In this document: positions 9,989 to 19,727 of the stretch, one piece after another
Position numbering within the stretch: position 1 is the stretch's first letter
How the letters are laid out: every line of letters begins with the position of its first letter
Assembly (NCBI GenBank): GCA_963804995.1
Contig: CAWDSK010000006.1
Location: 480,001-544,000 of the forward strand
Source: an uncultured Acidobacteriota bacterium
GTDB lineage: Bacteria; Acidobacteriota; Terriglobia; UBA7540
DNA length: 64,000 bases
Reading direction: 5' to 3'
Notes under the pieces: model-generated
Database searches by the model: none
Told to the model about the DNA's origin: nothing
What the model saw: only the letters and a program-made list of their open reading frames with translations
Program-made: the position numbers and the translations under genes

Positions 9989-11160
9989 TCGTGTCCCGAA
10001 GCTGAGGCCAGCACGGTAAGCTGTTCGCGAATCTGGCAGAGGCTGGTGGCAAAGGTTCCGAGGTCTGCCTGTTTCAATCGTGCGGTGACGGACAGTCGCA
10101 GGCGGGCAGTGCCCGGCGAAACCGAAGGTGGACGGATGGCCCGCACCGTGAAGCCCGCCTTCGAAAGACCCTCTGCGTATCCCACCGCCAGAAGATTCGA
10201 GCCCAGAATCACGGGAACGATGTGCGAATCACTCGAGCCTGCGTCGAAGCCCGCTTTTTGAAGGTGTGCACGCAGGAAACGACTCAACTCCTGGACTCGG
10301 TCCCGCAATAAATCTCCCTCGGTGGCCGCTCGTAATGCGGCCCGAATTTGGCACGCGAAGTAAGGAGGCAAAGCCGTGTTGAAAATGAACGTGCGTGCCC
10401 GATTGATGAGGAATTGTTTCAGCGTCTGAGACCCGCACACAAAAGCTCCGGCGCTGGCCAGGGCCTTGCCGCAAGGATAAACGGAGGCCAAAACTCGCCG
10501 CGATGCCCCGGCTTCCGCCACCAGGCCTCTCCCTTGAGGACCTAATACGCCCAACGCATGCGCCTCATCCACGATCAGTTCTGCGCCATAACGGTCTGCC
10601 ACATTCACGAGGTCCCCGATAGGACTCCTGTCGCCGTCCATACTGAACAGGCTTTCCACCACAATGAATTTCTCCTGTGGGGAACCGGCGGCTTTTCGCA
10701 ACTGATCTTCTAAAAAGTTCCAATCACGATGCGGAAAAATCACCTTTCTGGCTCCGGAAGACCGAACCCCATCGATGATGCTGGCGTGATTGGCACTGTC
10801 TGAAAAAACCAGGTCTTCCTTGCGGATCACGGAACTGAGCAGGCCGATATTCGCGGCGTATCCGGAGCTAAAAAAGAGAGCCGCCTCCGTGCCCACAAAG
10901 CCGGCAAACTCCTGCTCCAACTCCTCCCAGGCGCGGGCATTTCCCGAGAGCAACCGCGATCCCCCAGAACCCATCCGCGCGCCGGCCGCAAGCCCCTCCC
11001 TCACAGCTTCGCGCAGTCGTGGATCCTCGCTGAGGCCCAGGTAATCATTGGAATTGAAATCGATACCCTGTGGAAGGGTCAAGGTGCGGAACTGCAAATG
11101 CTCACGCAGTTCGCGGAGTTCCGAATCCAGGCGTTCGAGGGTGGAAGAGTTTTTAGGCAC
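9985..11160 (-). CDS. bioF: 8-amino-7-oxononanoate synthase (GTG start overlapping the bioB stop inferred)
   Basis: SNDYLGL, GSRLLSG, NHASIIDG, ESLFSMDGD, DEAHA. Confidence 0.92.
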   Translation of the reverse strand: MPKNSSTLERLDSELRELREHLQFRTLTLPQGIDFNSNDYLGLSEDPRLREAVREGLAAGARMGSGGSRLLSGNARAWEELEQEFAGFVGTEAALFFSSGYAANIGLLSSVIRKEDLVFSDSANHASIIDGVRSSGARKVIFPHRDWNFLEDQLRKAAGSPQEKFIVVESLFSMDGDRSPIGDLVNVADRYGAELIVDEAHALGVLGPQGRGLVAEAGASRRVLASVYPCGKALASAGAFVCGSQTLKQFLINRARTFIFNTALPPYFACQIRAALRAATEGDLLRDRVQELSRFLRAHLQKAGFDAGSSDSHIVPVILGSNLLAVGYAEGLSKAGFTVRAIRPPSVSPGTARLRLSVTARLKQADLGTFATSLCQIREQLTVLASASGHE

Positions 11161-12163
11161 GACGCATCGGCTGCATCCCAAGATCGCGGAGTAGTTGTTG
11201 ATCCTCATCGCGGTCGGGATTGGGGGTTGTAAGGAGCTTCTCGCCCACAAAAATAGAATTCGCGCCCGCCAGGAAACAGAGGGCGGCACACTCGCGGCTC
11301 ACGGACCTCCGCCCCGCGCTCAATCTAACCTTGGAGGCCGGCATCAAAACTCGTGCGGTGGCGATGGTCCGGACCATGATGAAAGGGTCCAACGGCTCGG
11401 CTTTGGCCAGTGGAGTCCCCTCCACTCGCACCAGCAGATTGATCGGCACGCTCTCCGGGTGAGGGCTCAGGCTTGCAAGTTGCTGCAACAATCCCACTCG
11501 ATCTTCGTCCCCTTCCCCCATGCCGATGATTCCACCGCAACAGACCGTCACGCCTGCTTTGCGGACGGCTGCGAGGGTCTGCAGTCTATCCTCGTAAGTC
11601 CGAGTGGTGATAATCCGGCTGTAGTACTCAGGAGAAGAATCCAAGTTATGATTGTAGGCGGTCAGCCCAGCCTCGGCCAGGCGGTTAGCCTGTTCCTGCG
11701 TAAGCATTCCCAGGGTACAGCAAACTTCCAATCCCAGGTGGGCGACGGCGCGGACGATTTCCAAGACACGATCAAATTCCTCACCCTCCGGCGCCTGCCG
11801 CCACGCCGCCCCCATGCAGAATCGCGTCGCTCCCTCAGCCTGAGCTCGGCGCGCCGTCTCGACAACTTCCGCCAGGGGTAATAAGGGTTGACGCTCAACT
11901 CCTACCTCATAGTGGGCGCTCTGCGGACAATAGGCGCAATCCTCCGGACAGCCACCCGTCTTGATGGAAAGCAATTGGCAGAATTGCACCTCACTCTGCG
12001 GATGGTGCCGGCGATGAATCTGCTGAGCCAGGAAGACCAACTCAAGGAGTGGCCGATGATAGACCTCGCGGACCTCTTCGCGCGTCCAATCGCTCCGAAT
12101 CGAGTAATCTGAGCACGTTTGCGGCGCTTCTAGAGACAAAACCAGTCCCCCAGTGATTCCCAA
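11153..12163 (-). CDS. bioB: Biotin synthase (radical SAM); start uncertain
   Basis: CPEDCAYCPQS, YNHNLD, PESVPIN. Confidence 0.95.
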   Translation of the reverse strand: MGITGGLVLSLEAPQTCSDYSIRSDWTREEVREVYHRPLLELVFLAQQIHRRHHPQSEVQFCQLLSIKTGGCPEDCAYCPQSAHYEVGVERQPLLPLAEVVETARRAQAEGATRFCMGAAWRQAPEGEEFDRVLEIVRAVAHLGLEVCCTLGMLTQEQANRLAEAGLTAYNHNLDSSPEYYSRIITTRTYEDRLQTLAAVRKAGVTVCCGGIIGMGEGDEDRVGLLQQLASLSPHPESVPINLLVRVEGTPLAKAEPLDPFIMVRTIATARVLMPASKVRLSAGRRSVSRECAALCFLAGANSIFVGEKLLTTPNPDRDEDQQLLRDLGMQPMRRA

Positions 12164-12380
12164 AATGGTGGTTGCCTGTTGCTTCTCCCTGTCCTGTAGC
12201 GAAGCATTCTAACCCAGGACGCAGGGCTCGCGGCTAAAATACCGCTGCCAACTTGACTCGTGTCAATAACAGCCGAAGTCATTTCAGCATTCTTAAACCT
12301 GGCCCTCAGACAACCACGCCGTCACCTATGGAATCGAAGGGAATACGACAATAAGGATTGTGGCGACGGAGGGGTTGCTC

Positions 12381-13130
12381 ATGAAAAGGCTTTTGAGATT
12401 TTCGATTCGCATGGCGATGCCGATTGTGGCTTGCTACCTTGCTATCGCGCTCGTCAGCGTGGCGCGCGCTGGAGATAAAGTTCAACTGAAAGGCACCTGG
12501 AACTTCAACCCGGACCAGAGTGACGATGCCCAAGAAAAGGTGCAACAGGCGCAGCAGAATACCGCCAACGCGCGCCGGGGCGGAGGTGGAGGCGGCGGTT
12601 ACCCAGGCGATCCAAACGGCGGACCTTATCCGGGCGGCGGCAGCACCTACCCCGGCGGTGGCTACCCAGGAGGCGGTGGCATGGGCGGCATGGGGCGTGG
12701 TGGAATGGGCGGTCCCATGGGTGGCGGCGGTATGGGCCGTCGCGGCGGCATGGGAAATCCCGGCGGAGGGGTAAGCAGTCAGGAGTGGGAGGAATTGGCC
12801 GCGAATCCGAGGCACCTCAGCATTAACCAGCATGACGATCAGATTGTGATTAATGACGATTCCAATCACACCCGCACCCTTTATCCCGACGGCAAGAAGC
12901 ACGAAGATAAGGACGCGGATGGAAAGAAGATCTCAACCAAGACCGAGTGGCAGGGTGATGCCCTCATCGCCGAGACGAAAATGGGGCACTCGGGGAAACT
13001 CACGGAAACCTACCGGGTCAGCCCTGACGGCAAGCAACTCTTCGTGGTTTCGCGCTTTGATGATTCGTCACTCTCGGGACCACTAAGCATCCGGCGGGTG
13101 TACGACGTTGGGAATGCCTCCGCGCACTAG
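12381..13130 (+). CDS. Secreted protein with a Gly/Met-rich low-complexity insert
   Basis: Signal-like N-terminus, GTWNFN...RRVYD beta-rich frame, GGYPGG/GGMG repeats. Confidence 0.75.
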   Translation: MKRLLRFSIRMAMPIVACYLAIALVSVARAGDKVQLKGTWNFNPDQSDDAQEKVQQAQQNTANARRGGGGGGGYPGDPNGGPYPGGGSTYPGGGYPGGGGMGGMGRGGMGGPMGGGGMGRRGGMGNPGGGVSSQEWEELAANPRHLSINQHDDQIVINDDSNHTRTLYPDGKKHEDKDADGKKISTKTEWQGDALIAETKMGHSGKLTETYRVSPDGKQLFVVSRFDDSSLSGPLSIRRVYDVGNASAH

Positions 13131-13274
13131 AACCCCAGTCTTGACGAGCCCGGCGCCCTCAACCCTCTCCCTCTTGGGGGAGAGGGTCCGAGCCTTGCGG
13201 TCGCGCGGATATTCAGGTCCGTCGATTTCACCCTGGCGAGGCCAAGCGGTACTTCCTCACCTATCTCAAACAAC

Positions 13275-14318
13275 TCACTCCCCGCTCTCGTTGCGGTAAT
13301 CCAGTTCGGCGATCACCGCACGATTCTCGCGCCAGTGCGGTTCAACCTTTACATAGAGCTCGAGAAACACTTTGGGAGGGAATAGCTTTTCCAACTCCTT
13401 CCGCGCTTCGGTGCCGATCTCTTTCAGGCGCGCGCCGCCCGCGCCGATCACGATAGGTTTTTGCGAGTCCCTCTCCACCACAATCGTGGCATGGAGGCGC
13501 GTGATCGTTTCGCCTTCCTCGAACTGGTCAAGCAGCACGGCCGTCACGTAAGGCAGTTCCTGCTTGGTGTGGCGAATGACCTTCTCACGAATGATTTCGC
13601 TCGCCAGGAAACGCTCCGGCTGGTCCGTGTATTCATCGGAGGGGAAATACTGCGGCCCCTCGGGAAGCCGCTGGATGACCGCCGCGAGGAATCCTTCGAG
13701 TCCATCCCCCTCCAACGCTGAGATTGGGAAGATTTCTTCAAAGTCATACAATTTGGAATAACGGTCTATCAAGGGCAGCAGTTCGGGCTTGTTCACTCGA
13801 TCGATCTTGTTAAGCGCCAGAATCGCCCTTGGTGCATACTCCTTCAGGAGGTGGATGACGAAATCATCGCCCCTGCCGAATCTTTCGCTCGCATCCACGA
13901 TCAGTATGGCGAGGTCCCGGTCCGCCAGTGCCTGGCGCACAAAACTCATCATCTGCTGGTTCAGTCGCGAAAGCGGCTTGTGCACGCCGGGCGTATCCAT
14001 GAAAATCACCTGCGCCTCGGGGCGGCTCAGGATCCCGAGAATGCGATTGCGCGTGGTCTGCGGGACGGGCGTCACAATCGAAACCTTGGAGCCCACCAGA
14101 GCGTTAACAAGCGTGCTCTTCCCTGCGTTCGGCCGGCCCACCACAGCAACAAATCCTGATTTGAACGGAACGGTCTCCGACACGGGCTGAATTTGTGCAG
14201 AGCTGCCTGGGGCACTATTCCCTGTCCCCTGTTCCCTGTTCTCTGTTCCCTGTTCTCTGTTCCCTGTCCCCGGTTCTCTGTTACCTGTTCCCTGTTCCCT
14301 GTTCCCTTCTTTAAGCAT
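13275..14318 (-). CDS. era: GTPase Era with a repeat-derived N-terminal extension
   Basis: GRPNAGKST, DTPG, NKID, KH domain. Confidence 0.95.
   Translation of the reverse strand: MLKEGNREQGTGNREPGTGNREQGTENREQGTGNSAPGSSAQIQPVSETVPFKSGFVAVVGRPNAGKSTLVNALVGSKVSIVTPVPQTTRNRILGILSRPEAQVIFMDTPGVHKPLSRLNQQMMSFVRQALADRDLAILIVDASERFGRGDDFVIHLLKEYAPRAILALNKIDRVNKPELLPLIDRYSKLYDFEEIFPISALEGDGLEGFLAAVIQRLPEGPQYFPSDEYTDQPERFLASEIIREKVIRHTKQELPYVTAVLLDQFEEGETITRLHATIVVERDSQKPIVIGAGGARLKEIGTEARKELEKLFPPKVFLELYVKVEPHWRENRAVIAELDYRNESGE
14218..14308. repeat. Tandem heptamer (GTTCCCT)n inside the 5' end of era
   Basis: Direct reading; translates as GNREQGT repeats. Confidence 0.9.
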
Positions 14319-15609
14319 GGGTAGGACTCACAGCAGGCTGGGCGGGGGTGACTTTCATCCGCACCTTGAGCACTGTCCGCTGGTTCGCTTCCAGCACTTC
14401 AAAGGTCAATCCGTTCTTCTCCACCTTCTCACCGGCCACGGGTACATGCCCAAGGTGTGCCATCACCAGGCCCGCGACGGTTGAGTAATCGCGCCCCTCG
14501 AGAGAGATATGCAACTCATCGGCTATCTGCGCCAGTTCGGCGTGCCCGGAAACAATGTAAATCCCCGTGGATTCCTTCACAATATCGCGCGTGTGGGTTT
14601 CCACTTCATCGCGGATTTCTCCCACGATCTGCTCCAGCAGATCTTCGATGGTGATTAATCCCGCCACGCTCCCGTATTCATCAATGACTACGGCCATTTG
14701 CGTGGTGGATTGCTGTAATTCCTTCAGCAGATCTTTGATGGGCTTGGTCTCGGGCACAAAAGGTACGGGCCGCACCAGACTGCGGAGGGGCACGCGCTGT
14801 TGCTCCTCCGGCGGCAGCTCCGTCAGGTCCCGCACGCTCACGATGCCCTCGATGTGGTCGATTTGGCCGGCATAGACGGGGTAGCGGGTCAGGCGCTTGG
14901 TGCGGAACAGCTTCCGCAGTTCTTCGATTGAGGAATTGATTTCGATGGCGGCGATTTCCGGCCGGGGCGTCATCACCTCGCGCACTGTCTTACCCCGGAA
15001 TTCAACCATGGATTGCAGCAATTCCCCCTCGCCTTTTTCAATCAGACCTTCCTGCTCCCCTGCCGCGATCAGCTCCTGAAGATTTTCTTCGGGCGAGGGT
15101 GGCTCGGGTTCAGGCTCAGTGGGCTCCAGCAGCCGGGCGATTGTGGTGGAGATAAGAATGGGAAAGGTGAGAGGCAGCGCCCCAATGACGGCGCGCCGAA
15201 GCACCGGCACCCAGCGCTCCAGGATGACATCCGGCTCGTCATGACGCGCCACCAACAGAAAGGGAATCAATTGGTCCGCAATGGCCACAGCGCAAAGCAC
15301 GATCAGGAGTGAGGTGCCGAGGTCGCCCCAGATGTGGTCCGGCCGGCGCACAATCAAGAGGCCGGTCAGTCCCACCGCAAACAGGTGCATAGCCGCGCCG
15401 TGCAAGGCGGAAATCGACACGCCCACCCGCTCGCGGTTCGGCCGGACGAGCCCTGCCTCGCTGGGTCCAAAAACCTTCCGGGCCCCCACGGGCGTCAGTC
15501 GCCGCATCAACAACCGCAGGTAAGATGCGACAGAACCCACCGTCAAGAGCACGGCCAGGGCAAAAACCCAGACAATCGTAAGGAGGAACCACTGATCCAT
15601 AATCTGCAT
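14311..15609 (-). CDS. Hemolysin-family CNNM/CBS/CorC protein
   Basis: TM N-terminus, VREVMTPR, VVIDEYG, TVAGLV. Confidence 0.9.
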   Translation of the reverse strand: MQIMDQWFLLTIVWVFALAVLLTVGSVASYLRLLMRRLTPVGARKVFGPSEAGLVRPNRERVGVSISALHGAAMHLFAVGLTGLLIVRRPDHIWGDLGTSLLIVLCAVAIADQLIPFLLVARHDEPDVILERWVPVLRRAVIGALPLTFPILISTTIARLLEPTEPEPEPPSPEENLQELIAAGEQEGLIEKGEGELLQSMVEFRGKTVREVMTPRPEIAAIEINSSIEELRKLFRTKRLTRYPVYAGQIDHIEGIVSVRDLTELPPEEQQRVPLRSLVRPVPFVPETKPIKDLLKELQQSTTQMAVVIDEYGSVAGLITIEDLLEQIVGEIRDEVETHTRDIVKESTGIYIVSGHAELAQIADELHISLEGRDYSTVAGLVMAHLGHVPVAGEKVEKNGLTFEVLEANQRTVLKVRMKVTPAQPAVSPTHA

Positions 15610-16155
15610 CTATCTCTTCCGGCTTCGCCGTCCCCGGGCCTGAGCCAGTCGCTCACGCAACGCCAGTTCGAGCGTCGTCATTTCTCCATTATCCTGCTCG
15701 TGGTCATAACCCAGCAAGTGAAGTACTCCGTGCAGGATTAGCCAGCGAATTTCGTTGAGCGTTGAGTGGCCTTCCTCACGTGCGTTCCGCCGGGCCGTCT
15801 CAACCGAGATCACCACGTCGCCGAGGAACCCCTCGAACTCCGCGCGCGCACCCCTCGAGTTCGTGTGCCGCAGCGGTCGGGAGGCGGGGTCCTTCCCCCT
15901 TCCCACGGTGCCCCGCGACCGGTCAGGCTCGCCCCAGGGAAAAGAAAGAACGTCGGTCGCGCGATCTTTCCCGCGGAAGGCCGCATTGGCCCGCCGCATG
16001 GTGGGGTCATCCACAAAGCAGATATTGAATTCCCGGGTTCCCAATCGCAACCGTTGCTTCAATTCCCGCACGTAAGCGTCAAGAACGGGAAGGCGCAAGG
16101 CGTAAGCTTTTTGCTGGTTCAGAAGCATGGGAGCCCGCCGGACGGCAGCCGGCAA
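15610..16155 (-). CDS. ybeY: rRNA maturation RNase YbeY
   Basis: TDVLSFP, HGVLHLLGYDH. Confidence 0.92.
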   Translation of the reverse strand: MPAAVRRAPMLLNQQKAYALRLPVLDAYVRELKQRLRLGTREFNICFVDDPTMRRANAAFRGKDRATDVLSFPWGEPDRSRGTVGRGKDPASRPLRHTNSRGARAEFEGFLGDVVISVETARRNAREEGHSTLNEIRWLILHGVLHLLGYDHEQDNGEMTTLELALRERLAQARGRRSRKR

Positions 16156-16158
16156 ATT

Positions 16159-17154
16159 TCATTTCTGCTCGCCATTGGTTTTGGCAGCTCGTGTCTGATC
16201 GAACTCCTCGTAGGCGCGGATGATGCGCTGCACCAGGGTGTGCCGGACCACATCGCGTTCATTGAAATAGACGAAGCTGATGCCGGGGACCCTGACCACA
16301 ACTTCCACCGCTTCCACCAGGCCGGAGCGCCGCCCGTTTGGAAGGTCGATTTGCGTGACATCGCCCGTGATCACCGCCTTGGAATTAAACCCCAGGCGCG
16401 TCAGAAACATCTTCATCTGTTCGCTCGTGGTGTTCTGCGCTTCGTCCAGGATTACAAACGCGTCGTTCAGAGTTCGGCCGCGCATGAAGGCGATGGGCGC
16501 GATTTCGATGATGCTTTTCTCGATAAACCGGTCCACACGGTCGGGATCCAACACGTCGTACAGCGCATCGTAAAGCGGGCGCAAATAGGGATTCACTTTT
16601 TCCTGCAAGGTGCCCGGCAGGAATCCCAGGCGCTCGCCGGCCTCCACGGCCGGGCGCGCCAGGATGATGCGGCTGACCTCCTTGGTGAGCAACGCATCCA
16701 CCGCCATCGCCACGGCCAGATAGGTCTTGCCGGTCCCCGACGGGCCGATGCCAAACACCATGTCGTGCCGTTCGATCGAATCCACGTAGCTGCGCTGGTT
16801 CAAGCTCTTCGGGGTGATCGACTTCTTGCCGAAGGTCCGGGGACGCCCTGCTTCCGCCAGGCCTTTCAAGGTGGCCTCGGAGTCCTGAGTCATGATGCGC
16901 AGGAAGCCTTCGATTTCGGCACTCTCGAAACGCACTCCCTTTTCGAGCAGCTCCGAGTATTCCTCCACCAGACGCTGCGCCCGGCGCACGTTCGTCTCTT
17001 CACCTTCAAACTCCAGCGACTCTTCGGCCAAGTGGGCGGAAACCTGGAAGCATCGCTCCAGCAGTTTCAAGTTTACGTCGTAGGTGCCGACGAGCGTCTG
17101 GACTCCCTTTCGGATTCGGACACTGGTCATCATAGGGTTTGAAGTGTTAGGCAC
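16159..17154 (-). CDS. phoH: PhoH-family ATPase
   Basis: GPSGTGKT, RPAVEAGERLGFLPG, MRGRTL, DEAQN. Confidence 0.95.
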   Translation of the reverse strand: MPNTSNPMMTSVRIRKGVQTLVGTYDVNLKLLERCFQVSAHLAEESLEFEGEETNVRRAQRLVEEYSELLEKGVRFESAEIEGFLRIMTQDSEATLKGLAEAGRPRTFGKKSITPKSLNQRSYVDSIERHDMVFGIGPSGTGKTYLAVAMAVDALLTKEVSRIILARPAVEAGERLGFLPGTLQEKVNPYLRPLYDALYDVLDPDRVDRFIEKSIIEIAPIAFMRGRTLNDAFVILDEAQNTTSEQMKMFLTRLGFNSKAVITGDVTQIDLPNGRRSGLVEAVEVVVRVPGISFVYFNERDVVRHTLVQRIIRAYEEFDQTRAAKTNGEQK

Positions 17155-17356
17155 GCCTCCATTTCAAAGGGTGCAAATGGCATGGGGTTCGGCAGACTGC
17201 CGCCGGTCGGCGTTAGTGGCAGGAAGATGCCTGTTCATTAATTCCTCAGTACGATAATCAATGCCGGGATGAAAGTCAATGTGGGAGCAATTTGGGTAGT
17301 GACGCATTTTGAAGTGCCACGGGCGTAGCGCCCCGATGCATCGGGGCCCGCGCTTG

Positions 17357-17686
17357 CTAATCCAAGTAAAACCAGCGGCCGATGGTACCGGCGATTAGCA
17401 GAAACAGCCCGATCATGACAAAGGCCAGTGCCAGCTTGTGAGGGTCACCGGGAGTCTTGGTGTCCGGACCCAGGGTAGCAAGCAACAGCACGCCAAGCAG
17501 GAGAACCATACCGCCCCCAACTTGCGCCTTTCGTCCGGTGCGGCTCTTGACCTCACTCATGCTTCGCGACCGCGGCAACTCTGGACCGGCGAACTCTTCG
17601 TATTGCCCCGTGTCCAGAGTCGTTCCACAGTGGGTGCACGAGCTGCTTCGTTCATCCACACCCTTCCCGCACTTGGGACAGAGCAT
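17357..17686 (-). CDS. Zinc-ribbon membrane protein
   Basis: CPKCG..CTHCG followed by two TM segments; GGAG RBS. Confidence 0.7.
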   Translation of the reverse strand: MLCPKCGKGVDERSSSCTHCGTTLDTGQYEEFAGPELPRSRSMSEVKSRTGRKAQVGGGMVLLLGVLLLATLGPDTKTPGDPHKLALAFVMIGLFLLIAGTIGRWFYLD

Positions 17687-17771
17687 CTCCTCTCCTCCAC
17701 GGTGATCTTCTTCGCACTCCCGCCCCAAAACTTCGAATCCAGCGCACTGCTTACAATCAGCAGGAGTAGCG

Positions 17772-19684
17772 GTTGCGGTAGGGATACCGGTTACCCGGTA
17801 CCCCCCGCACGGATCCGTACGTGCGCTGGTTAGCGCATACGGCTCTTATCTCGGATGTGTGGCGGCGAACCGTTGGGATGGCCAAGGATGCACAACGTGC
17901 GGAGCAGGCAACCAGCAGGCCGCAAGCTTCCCCAGTCGGTCCCAGTTGAGGCGGTGGCGTTGACTGCGTTGACGCAGTTGTGTTCGCCACAGTCGGGTCA
18001 ACCGTTCCCGAAAGATTCGCAGGCGGTCGAGGTTTCCCGGTACCGCGTGATAGTTGAAGTAGCCTTGCACGACCGACCGGAGCCATTTACCCGTATCCGC
18101 GATGGGATCGTGCCGACGCTGCCGGAGTTGTTGCTTGAGTTCCTGCAACTTCCCCCGCAGGCGCTTGCTGATCGTCTTCCGCTTCACGGTAAATTGCCCC
18201 CTCCGGTTCTTCCCGCTGATATGCGTGAAGCCCAGAAAGTCGAACGTCTCCGGCTTACCTTCTCCTCTCCGTTTCCGGTAAAGTTCGGCAAACGGCCCGA
18301 ACTCGATCCGGCGCGTTTTGTCAGGATGCAGTTCCAATCCAAACTTCCCCACCCGCTCCCGGAAATCCTCCAGAAAGCGGTCGGCTTCCGTCTGCGATTG
18401 GAATCCAAGGACCGTATCGTCGGCATACCGCACCACGACCACGTCTCCCCGGGCGTGCTTCTTGCGCCACGCCTGCACCCACAGGTCAAAGACGTAGTGC
18501 AGATAGATATTCGCCAGCAGGGGCGAGACCACCGCCCCTTGTGGCGTACCCATCTCCGTCTCCGACCATTCGCCTTCCTCCCTCACCCCGGCTTTCAGCC
18601 ATTTCTGGATGAGCCGGAGAATCCGGGGGTCGGCGACGCGATGCTGCACGAACTTGAGCATCCATTCGTGGGATATCGAATCGAAAAATCCACGAATGTC
18701 CGCGTCAAGAACGTAGTTCACGTGCTTCACCGTGAGCGCGTACGAGAGCGCGTCCAGCGCTTGATGCTGGCTGCGTCCCGGTCGAAAGCCATACGAGAAG
18801 CCCAGAAAGTCTTCCTCGTAAATCGCATTGAGGATGGTGACCACGGCCTGTTGGACGATCTTGTCCTCCAGTGCCGCAACCCCCAACGGACGTTGCCGCC
18901 CGTCGCCTTTCGGGATATACGCCCTTCGCGAGGGCTTCGCTCGGAATGCTCCGCGGTGGACCCGGCTGTGCAGATCGACGAGTCGACCTTCCAGCCCGCT
19001 TTCATACTCCTGCCACGTCATGCCGTCTACTCCCGGTGCAGCTTTTCGCTTCAAGGCGTAAAAGCTTTCCCGCAGCAGATCGACCGTTAAGTGGTGGAGC
19101 AAGGCCGTGAACTTCATCTCCCTGTGTTCCTTCGCGGCTTTCCGCACACCCGCGAGTCCCTGGGACACGCGTGCCCCGCTCTGTGTCGGGTGCGTGTTAG
19201 GCCAACGGGTGTTCTCCTTGATCAGCGGCCTTCCCTCCTCATTCTCCGCCAACGGCTTCCCGTCTTTGTTCAAATGATTCATCGGTACTGTTCCGCTGTC
19301 CGACTCCTCGAAAGCGTGCAGGCGGGCTGTACGGCCATCGCCTTTTCCCGCCGTCCGGCCACGATCTACGGCGGCCGGCGCCTCCGAGGTCTCCCGGTTC
19401 TCGTGCAGAAAGTGTCTAGGCGTGTCTGGGGTCTACGACTACGCAGGACTGTGCCGGAACTCGCGTTGGCGTCCCGGCCTCATGTTGCCTTCCGTTTAGT
19501 CTGAAAACGTCGGCGTCCTGATTGGACATTTTCGAAGCTCAATACCCAGCCCACCTATTCCCCTGTTTACGCTTCACCGTGCGCCTCACGACGCCCAGCG
19601 CAAAACTCGGGGCCGAGTGGATCGCTGCTCCTTCCTCGTGAGAAATTTTCATTCTCTGCTTTCTGCCGGTTTATCCCGGCGCAC
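17772..19684 (-). mobile_element. Group II intron (IIB-like, endonuclease-minus)
   Basis: 5' GTGCG at 19684. Domain V GAGCCGTATGCG...CGCACGTACGGATC and domain VI ending CCCTACCGCAAC at 17772. Confidence 0.92.
17846..19282 (-). CDS. ltrA: Group II intron reverse transcriptase/maturase
   Basis: APGVDG, RPLG, GTPQG, RYADD, FDFLGF. No C-terminal HNH domain. Confidence 0.95.
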   Translation of the reverse strand: MNHLNKDGKPLAENEEGRPLIKENTRWPNTHPTQSGARVSQGLAGVRKAAKEHREMKFTALLHHLTVDLLRESFYALKRKAAPGVDGMTWQEYESGLEGRLVDLHSRVHRGAFRAKPSRRAYIPKGDGRQRPLGVAALEDKIVQQAVVTILNAIYEEDFLGFSYGFRPGRSQHQALDALSYALTVKHVNYVLDADIRGFFDSISHEWMLKFVQHRVADPRILRLIQKWLKAGVREEGEWSETEMGTPQGAVVSPLLANIYLHYVFDLWVQAWRKKHARGDVVVVRYADDTVLGFQSQTEADRFLEDFRERVGKFGLELHPDKTRRIEFGPFAELYRKRRGEGKPETFDFLGFTHISGKNRRGQFTVKRKTISKRLRGKLQELKQQLRQRRHDPIADTGKWLRSVVQGYFNYHAVPGNLDRLRIFRERLTRLWRTQLRQRSQRHRLNWDRLGKLAACWLPAPHVVHPWPSQRFAATHPR

Positions 19685-19727
19685 CAGACCCCCGCCCTAT
19701 GGGGTCTGCGCCAGCCCGAGTGACCCC

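Noticed and set aside
14218..14308. CRISPR array (also considered for the REP clusters)
   Set aside because: No constant repeat with unique spacers, and no cas genes.
17846..19282. RT as a retron, DGR or defence RT
   Set aside because: Group II intron 5' end, domains V/VI and maturase domain are clear.
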